This document shows, in pieces, positions 28,753 through 39,875 of a stretch of 64,000 nucleotides of DNA. A program made the position numbers and the translations under genes. The stretch covers positions 5,728,001 through 5,792,000 of the forward strand of contig OY970303.1 in assembly GCA_963716255.1 (NCBI GenBank), read 5' to 3'. The notes under the pieces are model-generated. The model searched no databases, had not been told where the DNA came from, and saw only the letters and a program-made list of their open reading frames with translations. The stretch comes from an uncultured Gemmatimonadales bacterium (GTDB taxonomy: Bacteria > Gemmatimonadota > Gemmatimonadetes > Longimicrobiales > Longimicrobiaceae). How positions within the stretch are numbered: position 1 is the stretch's first letter; each line of letters opens with the position of its first letter.

Positions 28753-28962
28753 CCCGCTTCCAGCGCCCCGGACGCTCGCCCGCGGTCGCCGGGCGGACGG
28801 CGGACGAGCCCGTTTCTCCCCCGGGCGCGCCTGCCGTTCCGTCCCTTGACGGTGCAACGGCCGCGGGTGACCTTTCCTGTCTGGAAAGGCTCGCGCCGGG
28901 CTCCCCGCGCGGCGTCCGCCCGATCCACCGACCCGATCCCGGACCCCGGACACCAAGCTGAG

Positions 28963-31900
28963 ATGGCGATGGAGACGACCAGCCCGATCCGCGGCGCGGC
29001 GAGCCTCTCGGGGGCGGATGCCGCTCCTGCCGCGTCCGGGGGCCGGCCCGCCTGCGTGCACCACTTCTTCGAGGCGCAGGCGGCGCGCACCCCGCACGCC
29101 GAGGCGCTGGTGCACGGCACCGGGGCGCTCACCTACCGCGAGCTGGACGCGCGCGCCAACCGGCTGGCGCACGCCCTCCGGCGGCGCGGTGCCGGGCCGG
29201 AAGTGCGGGTGGGGATCTGCGCGGATCGCTCCGCGGACCTGGTGGTCGGGCTGCTGGGCATCCTCAAGTCCGGCGCCGCCTACGTTCCCCTCGATCCCGC
29301 CTACCCGCGCGAGCGCATCGCGCTCACGCTGGGCGACGCCCGCGCGCCGCTGGTGGTCACCCAGCAGGCGCACCTGCCGCTGCTGGAGGGGCACGGCGGC
29401 GGGGTCTTCCTCCTGGACGCCGGCCGGGCGGAGATCGACCGGGAGCCGGCGGAGGCGCCGGAGGGCGGGGCGGGGCCGGACAACCTGGCGTACGTGATCT
29501 ACACCTCCGGCTCCACCGGCACCCCCAAGGGCGTGCAGATCGAGCACCGGAGCGCGGTGGCGCTGCTGCGCTGGTGCCGCGAGGTCTACACCCCGGCCGA
29601 GTCGGCGGGCGTGCTGGGCTCCACCTCCGTGTGCTTCGACATGTCGGTGTTCGAGGTCTTCCACACCCTGGGCGTGGGGGGGACGCTCGTCCTGGCCGAG
29701 AACGCCCTGGAATTGCCGCGCATCCCCGCGCGCGACCGCGTCACCCTGGTCAACACCGTTCCCTCCGCCGCCGCCGAGCTGGTGCGCGCGGGGGGGATCC
29801 CCGCCTCGGTGCGCACCGTGAACCTGGGCGGCGAGCCGCTCCGGGACTCGCTCGCGCAGGGGCTGTACGGCCTGCCGCACGTCGAGCGGGTCTACAACCT
29901 GTACGGCCCCACCGAGGACACCACCTACTCCACCTGGCTGCGGGTGGAGCGGGGGGCGGGGCGCGAGCCCACGGTGGGGCGCCCGGTCACCGGGACCCGC
30001 GTCCACCTGCTGGACGCGGCGCTGGACGCGGTCCCCGCCGGTGGGATCGGCGAGGTGTTCCTGGCCGGCGCAGGGCTTGCCCGGGACTACCTGGGCCGCC
30101 CGGACCTCACCGCCGAGAAGTTCCTCCCCGACCCGTTCCCGGCCGAGCCGGGCGCGCGCATGTACCGCGTGGGCGACCTGGGACGCATCCTCCCGGATGG
30201 AGAGCTGGAGTACCTTGGGCGCGTGGACCACCAGGTCAAGGTACGCGGCTTCCGGGTGGAGCCGGGCGAGATCGAGGCCACGCTGGAGTCGCACCCCGCG
30301 GTGCGCGAGGCCGCCGTGGCCGCGCGCCGCGACGAGGCCGGCGGCACGCTGCTGGCCGCGTACTTCGTTCCCGCAGGCGGCGCGCCCGCGCCCGCGGAGC
30401 TGCGCGCGCACCTGCGCGAGCGGCTCCCGGAGTACATGGTCCCCTCCGCCTTCGTCGCGCTGGAGGCGCTTCCGCTGACCCTCAGCGGCAAGGTCGACCG
30501 CCGGGCGCTCCCCGCGCCCGGCCCCGCCCACTCCGACGAGGGCGCGGCGTACGCCCCGCCGCGCACCGCGACGGAGGAAGCGGTCGCCGCCATCTGGGCC
30601 GAGGTGCTGGGCGCCGGGCCGGTGGGGATCCACGAGCACTTCTTCGACCTGGGGGGCCACTCCCTGCGCGCGGCGCAGATCGTGGCCCGCCTGCGCAGCG
30701 CCTTCCGGGTGGAGCTGCCCATGGGCGCGCTCTTCGACGCGCCCACGGTCGCGGAGCTGGCCGCGCTGGTGGAGGCGGCCGCCGAGCAGGGCGCCGGGGC
30801 GCCGCCGCTGGTGCGGGTCCCGCGCGACCAGCCGCTCCCGCTCTCCCTTTCCCAGGAGGCCATCTGGTTCTTCCAGGAGCTGGCCCCGGGGATGAAGTCG
30901 TACAACTTCCAGGCGTCGTACCGCTTCCGCGGCGCGCTGGACGCCGACGCGCTGGAGCGCGCCCTCGCCGAGATCGTCCGCCGCCACGAGATCTTCCGCA
31001 CCACCTTCCACGACGCGGGCGGCAGCGCGGTCCAGGTGGTGCGCGGGACCGGCCCGCTCCACCTCCCCCGCTTCGACCTGCGCGCCCTCCCGGAGGCGGA
31101 GCGGGACGGCGCCGTGGAGCGGCACATGGCCGACGAGCTCGGCGCCCCCTTCCAGCTGGACCGTCTGCCGCTGATCCGCTGGCGCCTGCTGCGTCTTGCC
31201 GACGACGAGCACCTGCTCCTGCAGGTGGAGCACCACTTCGTGCACGACGGCTGGTCGTTCGGAGTCTTCCTGCGCGAGCTGGTCACCCTGTACTCCGCCT
31301 TCACGCAGGGGCGCCCGTCGCCGCTCCCCGAGCCGCCGGTGCAGTTCGCCGACTTCGCCGTCTGGCACCGCCGGCTGATGGAGGGGGAGCGCGCCCGGGC
31401 GGACCTGGCGTACTGGAAGGAGGCGCTCGCCGGCGCCGACCCGGTGCTGGAGCTCCCCACCGACCGTCCTCGCCCGGCCGTCCTGAGCTTCCGCGGGGCC
31501 TCGCTGCGCGCGCGGATGCCCGCGGACACCGCGCTGGCGGCGCGGGCGTTCTGCCGGGAAAGCGGCGCCACGCTGTACATGACGCTGCTCGCCGCCTTCG
31601 AGGCGCTGATGGGGCGCTACAGCGGCCAGGAGGACTTCTGCGTGGGCGGCGGCGTCGCCAACCGGAGCTGGAAGGAGACCGAGGAGCTGATCGGGATGGT
31701 CGTGGGCACCATCGCCCACCGCGTCCGGCTGGACCGCGTCCGCACCTTCCGCGAGCTGGTCGCGCAGGTCCGCGACACCGCCCGCGAGGCGTACGCGCAC
31801 AAGGACGTGCACTTCGGGCAGGTGGTGGAGGCCGTCGCGCCCGAGCGCACCCTCAGCCGGCTTCCCATCTACCAGGTCGCCTTCAGCTTCCACGACTCGC

Positions 31901-34053
31901 CGTACCCGGACTTCCGGCTCCCCGGCGTGGAGATGGAGCTGACCGAGGCGCTCGGCAACGGCTCCGCCAAGTTCGACTTCCAGGTGATCCTGATGCCCCG
32001 CGCCGAGATGCGCGCCGGGGCCCCCGAGGAAGAGATCGAGGAGGTGTGGGAGTTCGCCACCGACCTGTTCGATCCGGATACGGTGGAGCGGATGGTGGAC
32101 GACTACCACCGCCTGCTCGCCGGCCTCCTCGCGGAGCCGGACCGCGACTTCCGCGCGGCGCCGCTGGACACGCCGGAGGAGCGGGCGCGGCTGCTCGGAG
32201 AATGGTCGCGCGGCGCCGACCTGGCGCCGGGCGACCGGCCCGTGCACGCGCTGGTGGCGGACGCCGCGCGGCGCCGCCCCCACGCGCCGGCGGTGGTGGC
32301 CGGCGGCGCGTCGCTCGGCCGGGGCGAGCTGGACCGCCGCTCCGCCGCGGTCGCCGGGCGGCTGCGCGGGATGGGGATCGGGCCGGAGTCGCGCGTGGGC
32401 GTGCTCGCCGGGCGCACGCCGGAAGGGATCGTGGGGATGCTGGCGGTCCTCCGCGCCGGGGCCGCGTACGTCCCCCTCGACCCGGCGCTCCCCGCCGCGC
32501 GCCTGGAGTTCATCGCCGCCGACGCCGGGGTGGCCGTGGTGCTCGCCACGGAGGCGCTCCGGGGCGCCGTCCCCGGGGGGCTCCGGGTGATCCCGCTGGA
32601 GGGCGGGCCCGCGGACCCGGGCGGGACGGCCGGGAGCGCGGACGAGCCCGCGGTCCCGCCGGACGCCGTGGCGGTCGTGCTCTACACCTCGGGCTCCACC
32701 GGGATGCCCAAGGGGGTGGAGCTCACCCACCGCGCCCTCCTGGACCTCGTCCGCTGGCACCTGGACGCGTTCGCAGTCGGCGAGGACGACCGGACCGCCC
32801 AGCTCGCCGGACCGGGCTTCGACGCCTCCGTCTGGGAGACGCTGCCGTACCTGGCCGCGGGCGCCACGGTGCACCAGGTGGCCGACGAGGAGACGCGCAC
32901 CTCGCCCGTGGCGCTGCAGGCGTTCCTGCTGGAGAACGCCGTCACCATGGCCTTCGCGACCACGGTGCTCGGCGAGGCGCTGGCGGAGCTGGAGTGGCCG
33001 GAGCGCGCCCCGCTGCGGGTGCTGCTCACCGGGGGCGAGACGCTGCGCTCCCGGCCGCGCGCGGGGCTCCCGTTCACCCTGGTCAACATCTACGGGCCCA
33101 CGGAAACGACGGTGGTCTCCACCATGAGCGTGGTGGCGCCGGGCGACGGCGGGGGGAGGCTTCCGCCCATCGGGCGGCCCGTCGCGAACGCGCGCACGTA
33201 CGTGGTGGAAGCGGCGATGGAGCCCGCTCCCCTGGGCGTTCCCGGCGAGCTGTGCGTGGGCGGCCCGGGGGTCGCGCGCGGCTACGGTGGCCGGCCCGGG
33301 CTGACGGCCGAGCGGTTCGTCCCCGACCCCTTCTCCGGCGAGCCCGGGGCGCGGATGTACCGCACCGGCGACCGCGTGCGCTGGCTCCCGTCGGGCGAGC
33401 TGGAGTTCCTGGGGCGGATCGACGAGCAGGTCAAGCTGCGCGGCTTCCGCATCGAGCCCGGCGAGGTGGAGGCCGTCCTCCGCGCGCACCCGGAGGTGCG
33501 CGACGCCGTCGTGCTGCTGCGCGCCGACGCCCCCGGCGGGCGCCAGCTTGTGGCCTACGCCGCCGGCGGGGCGGACGCGGCGGAGCTGCGCGCCTGGCTG
33601 CGCGAGCGGCTCCCCGAGTACATGGTCCCCGCCGCCTTCATCGCGGTGGACGACATCCCGCTCACCCCCAACGGCAAGGTCGACCGCCGGGCGCTCCCCG
33701 CGCCGGAGCCATCGCGGCAGGCGGCGGAGCACGTCGCTCCGCGGACGCCGGTGGAGGCGGAGGTCGCCGCCATCTGGACGGAGGTGTTGGGGGGGGAGCC
33801 CGTGGGCGTGCGCGACAATTTCTTCGAGCTGGGCGGGCACTCCCTGCGCGCCACGCAGGTGGTGTCCCGCGCGCGCGGCGCCTTCGGGGTGGAGCTGTCG
33901 CTGCGGGACCTGTTCGACGCCCCCACCGTGGCCGACTTCGCGGCTCGGATCGAGGCTCGCCGGCCGGCTCCGGCGGAGGAGATGGAGGACCGTCTGGAGT
34001 GGCTGGAGTCGCTCTCGGAGGAGGAAGCCCTCCGGCTGCTGGGTGAACTGTGA
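28963..34053 (+). CDS. NRPS, A-T-C-A-T (C domain with ureido-type EHHxxHDG motif)
   Basis: Two YTSGSTG.PKG A domains, two GGHSL T domains, C core EHHFVHDG, acidic C-terminal docking helix. Confidence 0.95.
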   Translation: MAMETTSPIRGAASLSGADAAPAASGGRPACVHHFFEAQAARTPHAEALVHGTGALTYRELDARANRLAHALRRRGAGPEVRVGICADRSADLVVGLLGILKSGAAYVPLDPAYPRERIALTLGDARAPLVVTQQAHLPLLEGHGGGVFLLDAGRAEIDREPAEAPEGGAGPDNLAYVIYTSGSTGTPKGVQIEHRSAVALLRWCREVYTPAESAGVLGSTSVCFDMSVFEVFHTLGVGGTLVLAENALELPRIPARDRVTLVNTVPSAAAELVRAGGIPASVRTVNLGGEPLRDSLAQGLYGLPHVERVYNLYGPTEDTTYSTWLRVERGAGREPTVGRPVTGTRVHLLDAALDAVPAGGIGEVFLAGAGLARDYLGRPDLTAEKFLPDPFPAEPGARMYRVGDLGRILPDGELEYLGRVDHQVKVRGFRVEPGEIEATLESHPAVREAAVAARRDEAGGTLLAAYFVPAGGAPAPAELRAHLRERLPEYMVPSAFVALEALPLTLSGKVDRRALPAPGPAHSDEGAAYAPPRTATEEAVAAIWAEVLGAGPVGIHEHFFDLGGHSLRAAQIVARLRSAFRVELPMGALFDAPTVAELAALVEAAAEQGAGAPPLVRVPRDQPLPLSLSQEAIWFFQELAPGMKSYNFQASYRFRGALDADALERALAEIVRRHEIFRTTFHDAGGSAVQVVRGTGPLHLPRFDLRALPEAERDGAVERHMADELGAPFQLDRLPLIRWRLLRLADDEHLLLQVEHHFVHDGWSFGVFLRELVTLYSAFTQGRPSPLPEPPVQFADFAVWHRRLMEGERARADLAYWKEALAGADPVLELPTDRPRPAVLSFRGASLRARMPADTALAARAFCRESGATLYMTLLAAFEALMGRYSGQEDFCVGGGVANRSWKETEELIGMVVGTIAHRVRLDRVRTFRELVAQVRDTAREAYAHKDVHFGQVVEAVAPERTLSRLPIYQVAFSFHDSPYPDFRLPGVEMELTEALGNGSAKFDFQVILMPRAEMRAGAPEEEIEEVWEFATDLFDPDTVERMVDDYHRLLAGLLAEPDRDFRAAPLDTPEERARLLGEWSRGADLAPGDRPVHALVADAARRRPHAPAVVAGGASLGRGELDRRSAAVAGRLRGMGIGPESRVGVLAGRTPEGIVGMLAVLRAGAAYVPLDPALPAARLEFIAADAGVAVVLATEALRGAVPGGLRVIPLEGGPADPGGTAGSADEPAVPPDAVAVVLYTSGSTGMPKGVELTHRALLDLVRWHLDAFAVGEDDRTAQLAGPGFDASVWETLPYLAAGATVHQVADEETRTSPVALQAFLLENAVTMAFATTVLGEALAELEWPERAPLRVLLTGGETLRSRPRAGLPFTLVNIYGPTETTVVSTMSVVAPGDGGGRLPPIGRPVANARTYVVEAAMEPAPLGVPGELCVGGPGVARGYGGRPGLTAERFVPDPFSGEPGARMYRTGDRVRWLPSGELEFLGRIDEQVKLRGFRIEPGEVEAVLRAHPEVRDAVVLLRADAPGGRQLVAYAAGGADAAELRAWLRERLPEYMVPAAFIAVDDIPLTPNGKVDRRALPAPEPSRQAAEHVAPRTPVEAEVAAIWTEVLGGEPVGVRDNFFELGGHSLRATQVVSRARGAFGVELSLRDLFDAPTVADFAARIEARRPAPAEEMEDRLEWLESLSEEEALRLLGEL

Positions 34054-37000
34054 GCGCGAGGGAAAGCATGCCGAGCACGGCCGCGGGCGACGTCCACGCC
34101 GGCGGCGCCCCGCCGGAGGGGGAGAGCGGCGAGGTCGTCGTCTTCCCGCTCTCGTTCCCGCAGCAGCGGCTGTGGCTCCTCGACCAGGTGGAGCCGGGGA
34201 GCCCGGCGTACAACCTCCCCACCCCCCTGCGCATCCCCGGCCCGCTCGACCCCGCGGCGCTGGAGCGCGCCCTCGCGGAGATCGTATCGCGCCACGAGTC
34301 GCTCAGGACGCGCTTCGCCGTGGTGGACGGCGAGCCGGTGCAGCTCGTCGCCCCGCCGGGCCGCTTCGTCCTCCCCCTCTTCGACCTCGCCTCGCTCCCC
34401 GGCCCCGCGCTCGAAGCCGAGGCCCGGCGCCTCGCCGAGGAGGAGTGGCGCACCTCCTTTGACCTGGGCCGCGGGCCGCTCTTCCGCGCGCGGCTCATGC
34501 GCTTCGCCCCGGAGGAGCACCTGCTGCTCCTCACCCTGCACCACATCGTCAGCGACGGCTGGAGCGGCGGTGTGCTCCTGCGCGAGCTGTTCGCCCTGTA
34601 CCGCGCCTTCACGGCCGGGGAGCCGTCGCCGCTCCCCGAGCTCCCCATCCAGTACGGCGACTACGCCGTGTGGCAGCGCGAGGAGCTGGCCGGCGAAGCG
34701 CTGGACGAGCAGGTCGCCTTCTGGCGTGCCGAGCTGGAGGGGGCCCCGGCGGCCACGGAGCTTCCCCTGGACCATCCGCGCGGGGCGGCCCGCGGCGGGC
34801 GGGGCGGGAAGCACGTGCTCGCGATCCCGCCGGCGACGGCGCGGCGCCTCGCGGCGCTGGCCCGCGCCGAGGGCGCGACCCCGTTCATGGTGCTGCTCGC
34901 CGCGTGCGGTGCCTGGCTCGGCCGCTACGGCGATGCCGACGACGTGGTGGTCGGCACGCCCATCGCCGGGCGCACGCAGGAGGAGCTGGAGGGGCTGATC
35001 GGCTTCTTCGTCAACACGCTCGCGATCCGCGTCGACCTGGCCGGCGACCCCGCCTTCACGGAGCTGCTGGCGCGCGTGCGGGGGCGCCTCCTGGGGGCCT
35101 ACGCGCACCAGGACCTCCCGTTCGAGAAGGTGGTGGAGGAGCTGCGGGTCCCGCGCGACCCCGGGCGCACGCCCGTCTTCCAGGTGATGTTCGTGCACCA
35201 GGCGGCCCCGGAGGGGAAGGCGCGGGGGGCGGAGCCCGGTGGGCTCGCCTGGACCCAGGAGGCGGCGGGGACCGGCTCGGCCAAGTTCGACCTCACGCTC
35301 GCCTTCCTGGAGCACCCCGGCGGGCTCGCCGTCAGCCTCGACTACCACGCCGGCCTGTTCGACACGGCGACGGTGGATCGGATGGGACGGCACCTCCTCG
35401 CCCTGCTGGAGGCCGTTGCCGCCGACCCCGGCCTGCCCCTCTCCGCCCTCCTCCCGCTCCCGCCCGCCGAGGAGCGGAGCTTGCTCGCCGGGTGGAGCGG
35501 CACCCGCGCCGAGTACCCGGCCGCCCCGGTCCACCGGCTGATCGTCGAGCAGGCCCGGCGCACGCCGGGCGCGACGGCGGCGGTGTTCCCGGACGCGGAG
35601 GTCACCTACGCGGAGCTGGAGCAGCGCTCGGCGGCCGTCGCGCGGCTTCTGCGCGCGCGTGGCGTGGGGCCGGAATCGCGTGTGGCGCTCCTCGCGGGCC
35701 GCACGCCGGAGATGCTCGCCGGCGTGCTGGGGATCCTGCGCGCCGGCGGCGCCTACGTCCCGCTCGATCCCACGGCGCCCGCGGAGCGCATCGACTTCGT
35801 CCTGCGCGACAGCGGCGCCCGCATCCTCCTCGCCGAGCCGCGCCTGCTGGACTGCGCCGCCGGCTTCGACGGCGCCGTCCTGCCGCTGGGGGGCGACGCG
35901 CCTCCCCCGGAGGACGGCGCCGACGCGGATGCCGACGCCGAGGTGCCGCCCGATGCGCTCGCCTACGTCATCTACACGTCGGGCTCCACCGGCACCCCCA
36001 AGGGCGTCATGGTGCCTCACCGCGCCCTCGCCAACGTGGCGCACGCCGAGGTCGGGCTGCACGGCTTCGGGCCGTCCACCCGGCTGTTCAGCACGCTCCC
36101 GGTGAGCTTCGACGCCTCTGCCGGCGACATCTTTCCCGCGTTCCTCTGCGGCGGCGCCCTCGTCCTGCATCCCGCCCCGGGCGAGCTGTCCGCGGCGGAG
36201 ATGCTCGACTTCGTGCGGCGCCACGAGGCCGACGCCGCCGGGATCCCGGTGGCGCTCTGGAGCCACTGGCTGGAGCAGCTGGAGGCCTCGTGGGACGGCG
36301 AGCCGCTTCCGCTCCCCCGCGTGACCCGCGCGGGGGGCGAGAGCCTGCCGCTGGAGCGGGCGCGCGCGTGGAATCGGCTGGGTGGCGGGCGGTCGCGGCT
36401 GTTCAACCACTACGGTCCCACCGAGACGACGGTCATCGTCGCTGCGCACGAGGCGGATGCGGCGGAGCGGGAGACCGTATCCGGCTCCGTCCCCATCGGC
36501 CGGCCGCTTCCCAACACCCGGGCGTACGTCCTGGACCGGCTTTTCCGCCCCGCCCCGGCCGGCGCCGCCGGCGAGCTGTTCGTGGGCGGCGTGCAGGTCG
36601 CGCGCGGGTACCTGGGCCGGCCGGAGCTGACGGCCGAGCACTTCCTCCCCGACCCGTTCTCCGGCGAGGCGGGCGCGCGGATGTACCGCACCGGCGACCG
36701 CGCGCGCTGGCTCGCCGACGGCGCGCTGGAGTTCCTGGGGCGGACGGACGGGCAGGTGAAGATCCGCGGCTTCCGCGTGGAGCCGGCGGAGGTCGAGGCC
36801 GCGCTCCTGGCGCACCCGGGGGTGCGGGAAGCCGTGGTCGCGGTGGGGAAGGGGCCCGGCGGAGAGCCGCGCCTGGCCGGGTACTTCGTCGCCGCGGGGG
36901 CAGGCGTGGACGCGGCCGCCCTGCGCGAGCACCTGCGGGCGAGCCTCCCGGACTACATGATCCCCGCCGCGCTGGTGCGCCTCGACGAGCTCCCGATCAC

Positions 37001-38153
37001 CTCCAACGGCAAGGTGGACCGGCGCGCCCTTCCCGAGCCGCCCGACCCGGGCTCCAGCGCGTACGCCCCGCCGCGTACCGCCACGGAGGAAACGCTCGCG
37101 GCCCTCTGGGCGGAGGCGCTGGGCGTGCAGCGGGTGGGCGTCCACGACGACTTCTTCGAGCTGGGCGGCCACTCGCTTTCCGCGGCGCGCCTGGTCGCGC
37201 GCGTCCGGGAGCGGCTCGGGCGCGAGCTGTCGCTCGGGGAGCTTTTCCGCGGCGCAACCGTGGAGCGCGTCGCGCGCGTCCTCGGAGGCGAGGAGCCCGA
37301 GCCCTCCCCGCACCTGCTGCGGCTGCGGGACGGGGCGGGGGCGCCGTTCTTCTGCGTCCACGCCGCCGGGGGGATGGCGGTCGCCTACCTGCGCCTCGCG
37401 CGCCGCCTGGACGACCGGCCGCTCTACGGAGTGCAGGCGCGCGGGCTGGCTCCCGGCGAATCGCCGGGCGGCAGCGTGGAGGAGATGGCGGCCCGTTACC
37501 TCGACGCCGTCCGCGCCGTCCAGCCCCGCGGCCCGTACCTGCTGGGCGGGTGGTCCGTGGGCGGGACCGTCGCCTTCGAGATGGCGCAGCGGCTGCGCGC
37601 CGCCGGCGAGGAGGTGGCGCTCCTGGCCCTCCTCGACAGCTGGGCCCCCGTCGACGGAGCCCGTCCCCCCCTCCCCGACGACGCCGACCTCCTCGCCCTG
37701 CTGGCGGCCGACCTGGGCGTGCGCGCCGAGCAGGGAACGCTCGTCGCGCTCCACGACGAGCTCCGCGAGCTGCCGCACGACGCGCGGCTCGCCCGCTTCG
37801 AGGGCTGGATCCGGCGCCTGGAGCCGGACCTCCCCGACGTGGACGCCACGGGGCTGCGCCGCCGCCTGGACGTATACCGCGCCACCGTCCGCGCCGCCGC
37901 CGGCTACCGCCCCCGGCCGTACGACGGCCGCGTCACCCTCTTCCGCGCCAGCCGCAGCGCCGCCTGGCCGCCGGGCGACCTTTCGGCGGAGGCCTGGGAG
38001 CGGGACCCGCGCCTCCGCTGGCGCGAGCTGACCACCCGGCCGCTGGAAGTGCGCGAGGTCGCCGGCACCCACCACTCCATCGTCGTCGGTGCGGACGTGG
38101 ACGGGCTCGCCGACGCGCTGCGGAGCGTCCTCGCCGCTCCCGCCCGGCCCTGA
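34050..38153 (+). CDS. NRPS termination module C-A-T-TE
   Basis: [30 protein letters not shown]. Confidence 0.95.
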   Translation: MSARESMPSTAAGDVHAGGAPPEGESGEVVVFPLSFPQQRLWLLDQVEPGSPAYNLPTPLRIPGPLDPAALERALAEIVSRHESLRTRFAVVDGEPVQLVAPPGRFVLPLFDLASLPGPALEAEARRLAEEEWRTSFDLGRGPLFRARLMRFAPEEHLLLLTLHHIVSDGWSGGVLLRELFALYRAFTAGEPSPLPELPIQYGDYAVWQREELAGEALDEQVAFWRAELEGAPAATELPLDHPRGAARGGRGGKHVLAIPPATARRLAALARAEGATPFMVLLAACGAWLGRYGDADDVVVGTPIAGRTQEELEGLIGFFVNTLAIRVDLAGDPAFTELLARVRGRLLGAYAHQDLPFEKVVEELRVPRDPGRTPVFQVMFVHQAAPEGKARGAEPGGLAWTQEAAGTGSAKFDLTLAFLEHPGGLAVSLDYHAGLFDTATVDRMGRHLLALLEAVAADPGLPLSALLPLPPAEERSLLAGWSGTRAEYPAAPVHRLIVEQARRTPGATAAVFPDAEVTYAELEQRSAAVARLLRARGVGPESRVALLAGRTPEMLAGVLGILRAGGAYVPLDPTAPAERIDFVLRDSGARILLAEPRLLDCAAGFDGAVLPLGGDAPPPEDGADADADAEVPPDALAYVIYTSGSTGTPKGVMVPHRALANVAHAEVGLHGFGPSTRLFSTLPVSFDASAGDIFPAFLCGGALVLHPAPGELSAAEMLDFVRRHEADAAGIPVALWSHWLEQLEASWDGEPLPLPRVTRAGGESLPLERARAWNRLGGGRSRLFNHYGPTETTVIVAAHEADAAERETVSGSVPIGRPLPNTRAYVLDRLFRPAPAGAAGELFVGGVQVARGYLGRPELTAEHFLPDPFSGEAGARMYRTGDRARWLADGALEFLGRTDGQVKIRGFRVEPAEVEAALLAHPGVREAVVAVGKGPGGEPRLAGYFVAAGAGVDAAALREHLRASLPDYMIPAALVRLDELPITSNGKVDRRALPEPPDPGSSAYAPPRTATEETLAALWAEALGVQRVGVHDDFFELGGHSLSAARLVARVRERLGRELSLGELFRGATVERVARVLGGEEPEPSPHLLRLRDGAGAPFFCVHAAGGMAVAYLRLARRLDDRPLYGVQARGLAPGESPGGSVEEMAARYLDAVRAVQPRGPYLLGGWSVGGTVAFEMAQRLRAAGEEVALLALLDSWAPVDGARPPLPDDADLLALLAADLGVRAEQGTLVALHDELRELPHDARLARFEGWIRRLEPDLPDVDATGLRRRLDVYRATVRAAAGYRPRPYDGRVTLFRASRSAAWPPGDLSAEAWERDPRLRWRELTTRPLEVREVAGTHHSIVVGADVDGLADALRSVLAAPARP

Positions 38154-38211
38154 CTCCGCCCCGTCCCCTGGCCGGCACTCCGCCGGCCGGCCCACGCGCA
38201 GAGCGCCCGAG

Positions 38212-39588
38212 ATGCCGCGAATCGCAACGCCAACCGACTCGTCCCCGACGCCGGGGATGCGCACCTTCTTCCTGGTCTGGGCCGGGCAGCTCGTCTCGTC
38301 GCTCGGCTCCGCGCTCACCCGTTTCGGGCTGGGCGTGTGGGTGTTCGAGGAGACCGGCTCCGCCACCAGCTTCGCGCTGATCCTGTTCTTCGCGGTGCTC
38401 CCGGGGATCCTGCTTTCCCCGGTCGCCGGCGCCTACGTGGACCGGTGGGACCGGCGGCGGGTGATGATCGCCACGGACGCGGGCGCCGCCCTGGGGACGC
38501 TCGCCATCGCGCTGCTGCTCTTCGCCGGCCGCCTGGAGATGTGGCACATCTACGCGGTGGTCGCGGCGGGAGGGGCGCTCGGCGCCTTCCAGGGCCCCGC
38601 CCACGGGGCCACCACCTCGCTCCTGGTCCCCAAGGAACAGTTCGCGCGGGCCATCGGTCTGGTGCAGTTCGGGCAGGCGGGGGTGCGCATCGCCGCGCCG
38701 GTCGCGGCCGCGGCGCTGATGGGGACCATCGGCTTCCGCGGCATCCTGCTGATCGACTTCGCCACCTTTCTGTTCGCCGCGGGCACGCTGCTGCTCGTCG
38801 CCATCCCCAGCCCGGCGCGCGCCCCGGCCCGCGGGAAGAAGCCGCCGATCTGGCGCGAAGCCGCCTACGGCTGGCGCTACCTCCTGGAAAGGCGCGGACT
38901 CGCCGGCCTGGTGGCGGTCTTCGCCGTCGTCAACCTCGCCATGGCCATCGCCCAGGGCGTGTACCAGCCCATGGTCCTCAGCACGGCGTCGCGCACCGCG
39001 CTGGGGACGATCTCCTCCATCGGCGGGCTGGGGATGCTCACCGGGAGCCTGCTGCTGAGCGTGTGGGGCGGGCCCCGCCGCAAGATGCACGGCGTGCTGG
39101 GCGCGGCAGGGCTGGCCGGGCTCTTCCACGTCCTCTTCGGCATCCGCGCCGCGGAGCCGGTGTGGGCCGCGGCGCTCTTCGGCATCCTGTTCACCGTCCC
39201 CTTCGTGACCGGCTCCGTCACCGCCGTGATGATGCGCAAGGTCGCCCCCGAGGTGCAGGGCCGCGTCTTCGCGACCATCCAGATGGTGGCCATGTCCAGC
39301 GCGCCGATCGCGTACCTCGTCGCTGGCCCCCTCGCCGACCGCGTCTTCGAGCCGCTTCTCCGTCCCGGTGGAGCGCTGGCGGGGAGCGTCGGGAGCATCA
39401 TCGGCGTGGGACCGGGGCGGGGAATGGGGATGATGATGATCGTCGCGGGCGTGGTCATGGCGCTCGCCACCCTCGCGGGGATCCTTCACCCCCGCATCCG
39501 CAACCTGGAGGAGGAGCTCCCGGACGCCGTCGACGCCGCCGCCCCCGCTTCTCCTTCCGACGAGGAGGCGGCGCCGGCCGCAGACTGA
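38212..39588 (+). CDS. MFS exporter (DHA3/macrolide-efflux-like)
   Basis: WAGQLVS.LGS, G.YVDRWDRRRVMI, VQGRVFA; multiple TM segments. Confidence 0.92.
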   Translation: MPRIATPTDSSPTPGMRTFFLVWAGQLVSSLGSALTRFGLGVWVFEETGSATSFALILFFAVLPGILLSPVAGAYVDRWDRRRVMIATDAGAALGTLAIALLLFAGRLEMWHIYAVVAAGGALGAFQGPAHGATTSLLVPKEQFARAIGLVQFGQAGVRIAAPVAAAALMGTIGFRGILLIDFATFLFAAGTLLLVAIPSPARAPARGKKPPIWREAAYGWRYLLERRGLAGLVAVFAVVNLAMAIAQGVYQPMVLSTASRTALGTISSIGGLGMLTGSLLLSVWGGPRRKMHGVLGAAGLAGLFHVLFGIRAAEPVWAAALFGILFTVPFVTGSVTAVMMRKVAPEVQGRVFATIQMVAMSSAPIAYLVAGPLADRVFEPLLRPGGALAGSVGSIIGVGPGRGMGMMMIVAGVVMALATLAGILHPRIRNLEEELPDAVDAAAPASPSDEEAAPAAD

Positions 39589-39603
39589 CACGGACGTACG
39601 GAA

Positions 39604-39739
39604 CGGTTCGGGCGTGCCCCCGGCTGGCGCCGGGGTCGGGCTTCGGCTCCGTAGGGCTGCAAACAACGCAGCCCAACGGAGTCGAGCCCGCGCAAACAGC
39701 CGCGCGGTCTCGCCCCTTCGGGCCGTAATCCCTCACGCG
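39604..39739 (-). repeat. Family-1 element, copy G
   Basis: Nearly identical to copy B. Confidence 0.95.
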
Positions 39740-39875
39740 GGGCTCCGGCGCGGCGGCCGGGGCCGGCACGCGTACCTCGTACGCCACCGCCTGACACTGA
39801 CACCCGGCTGCACAACGAGACGTGCCCCGCCCCTGCGAGAGGGACGGGGCACGCTTCGTCGTGGCAGGAAGCCGC

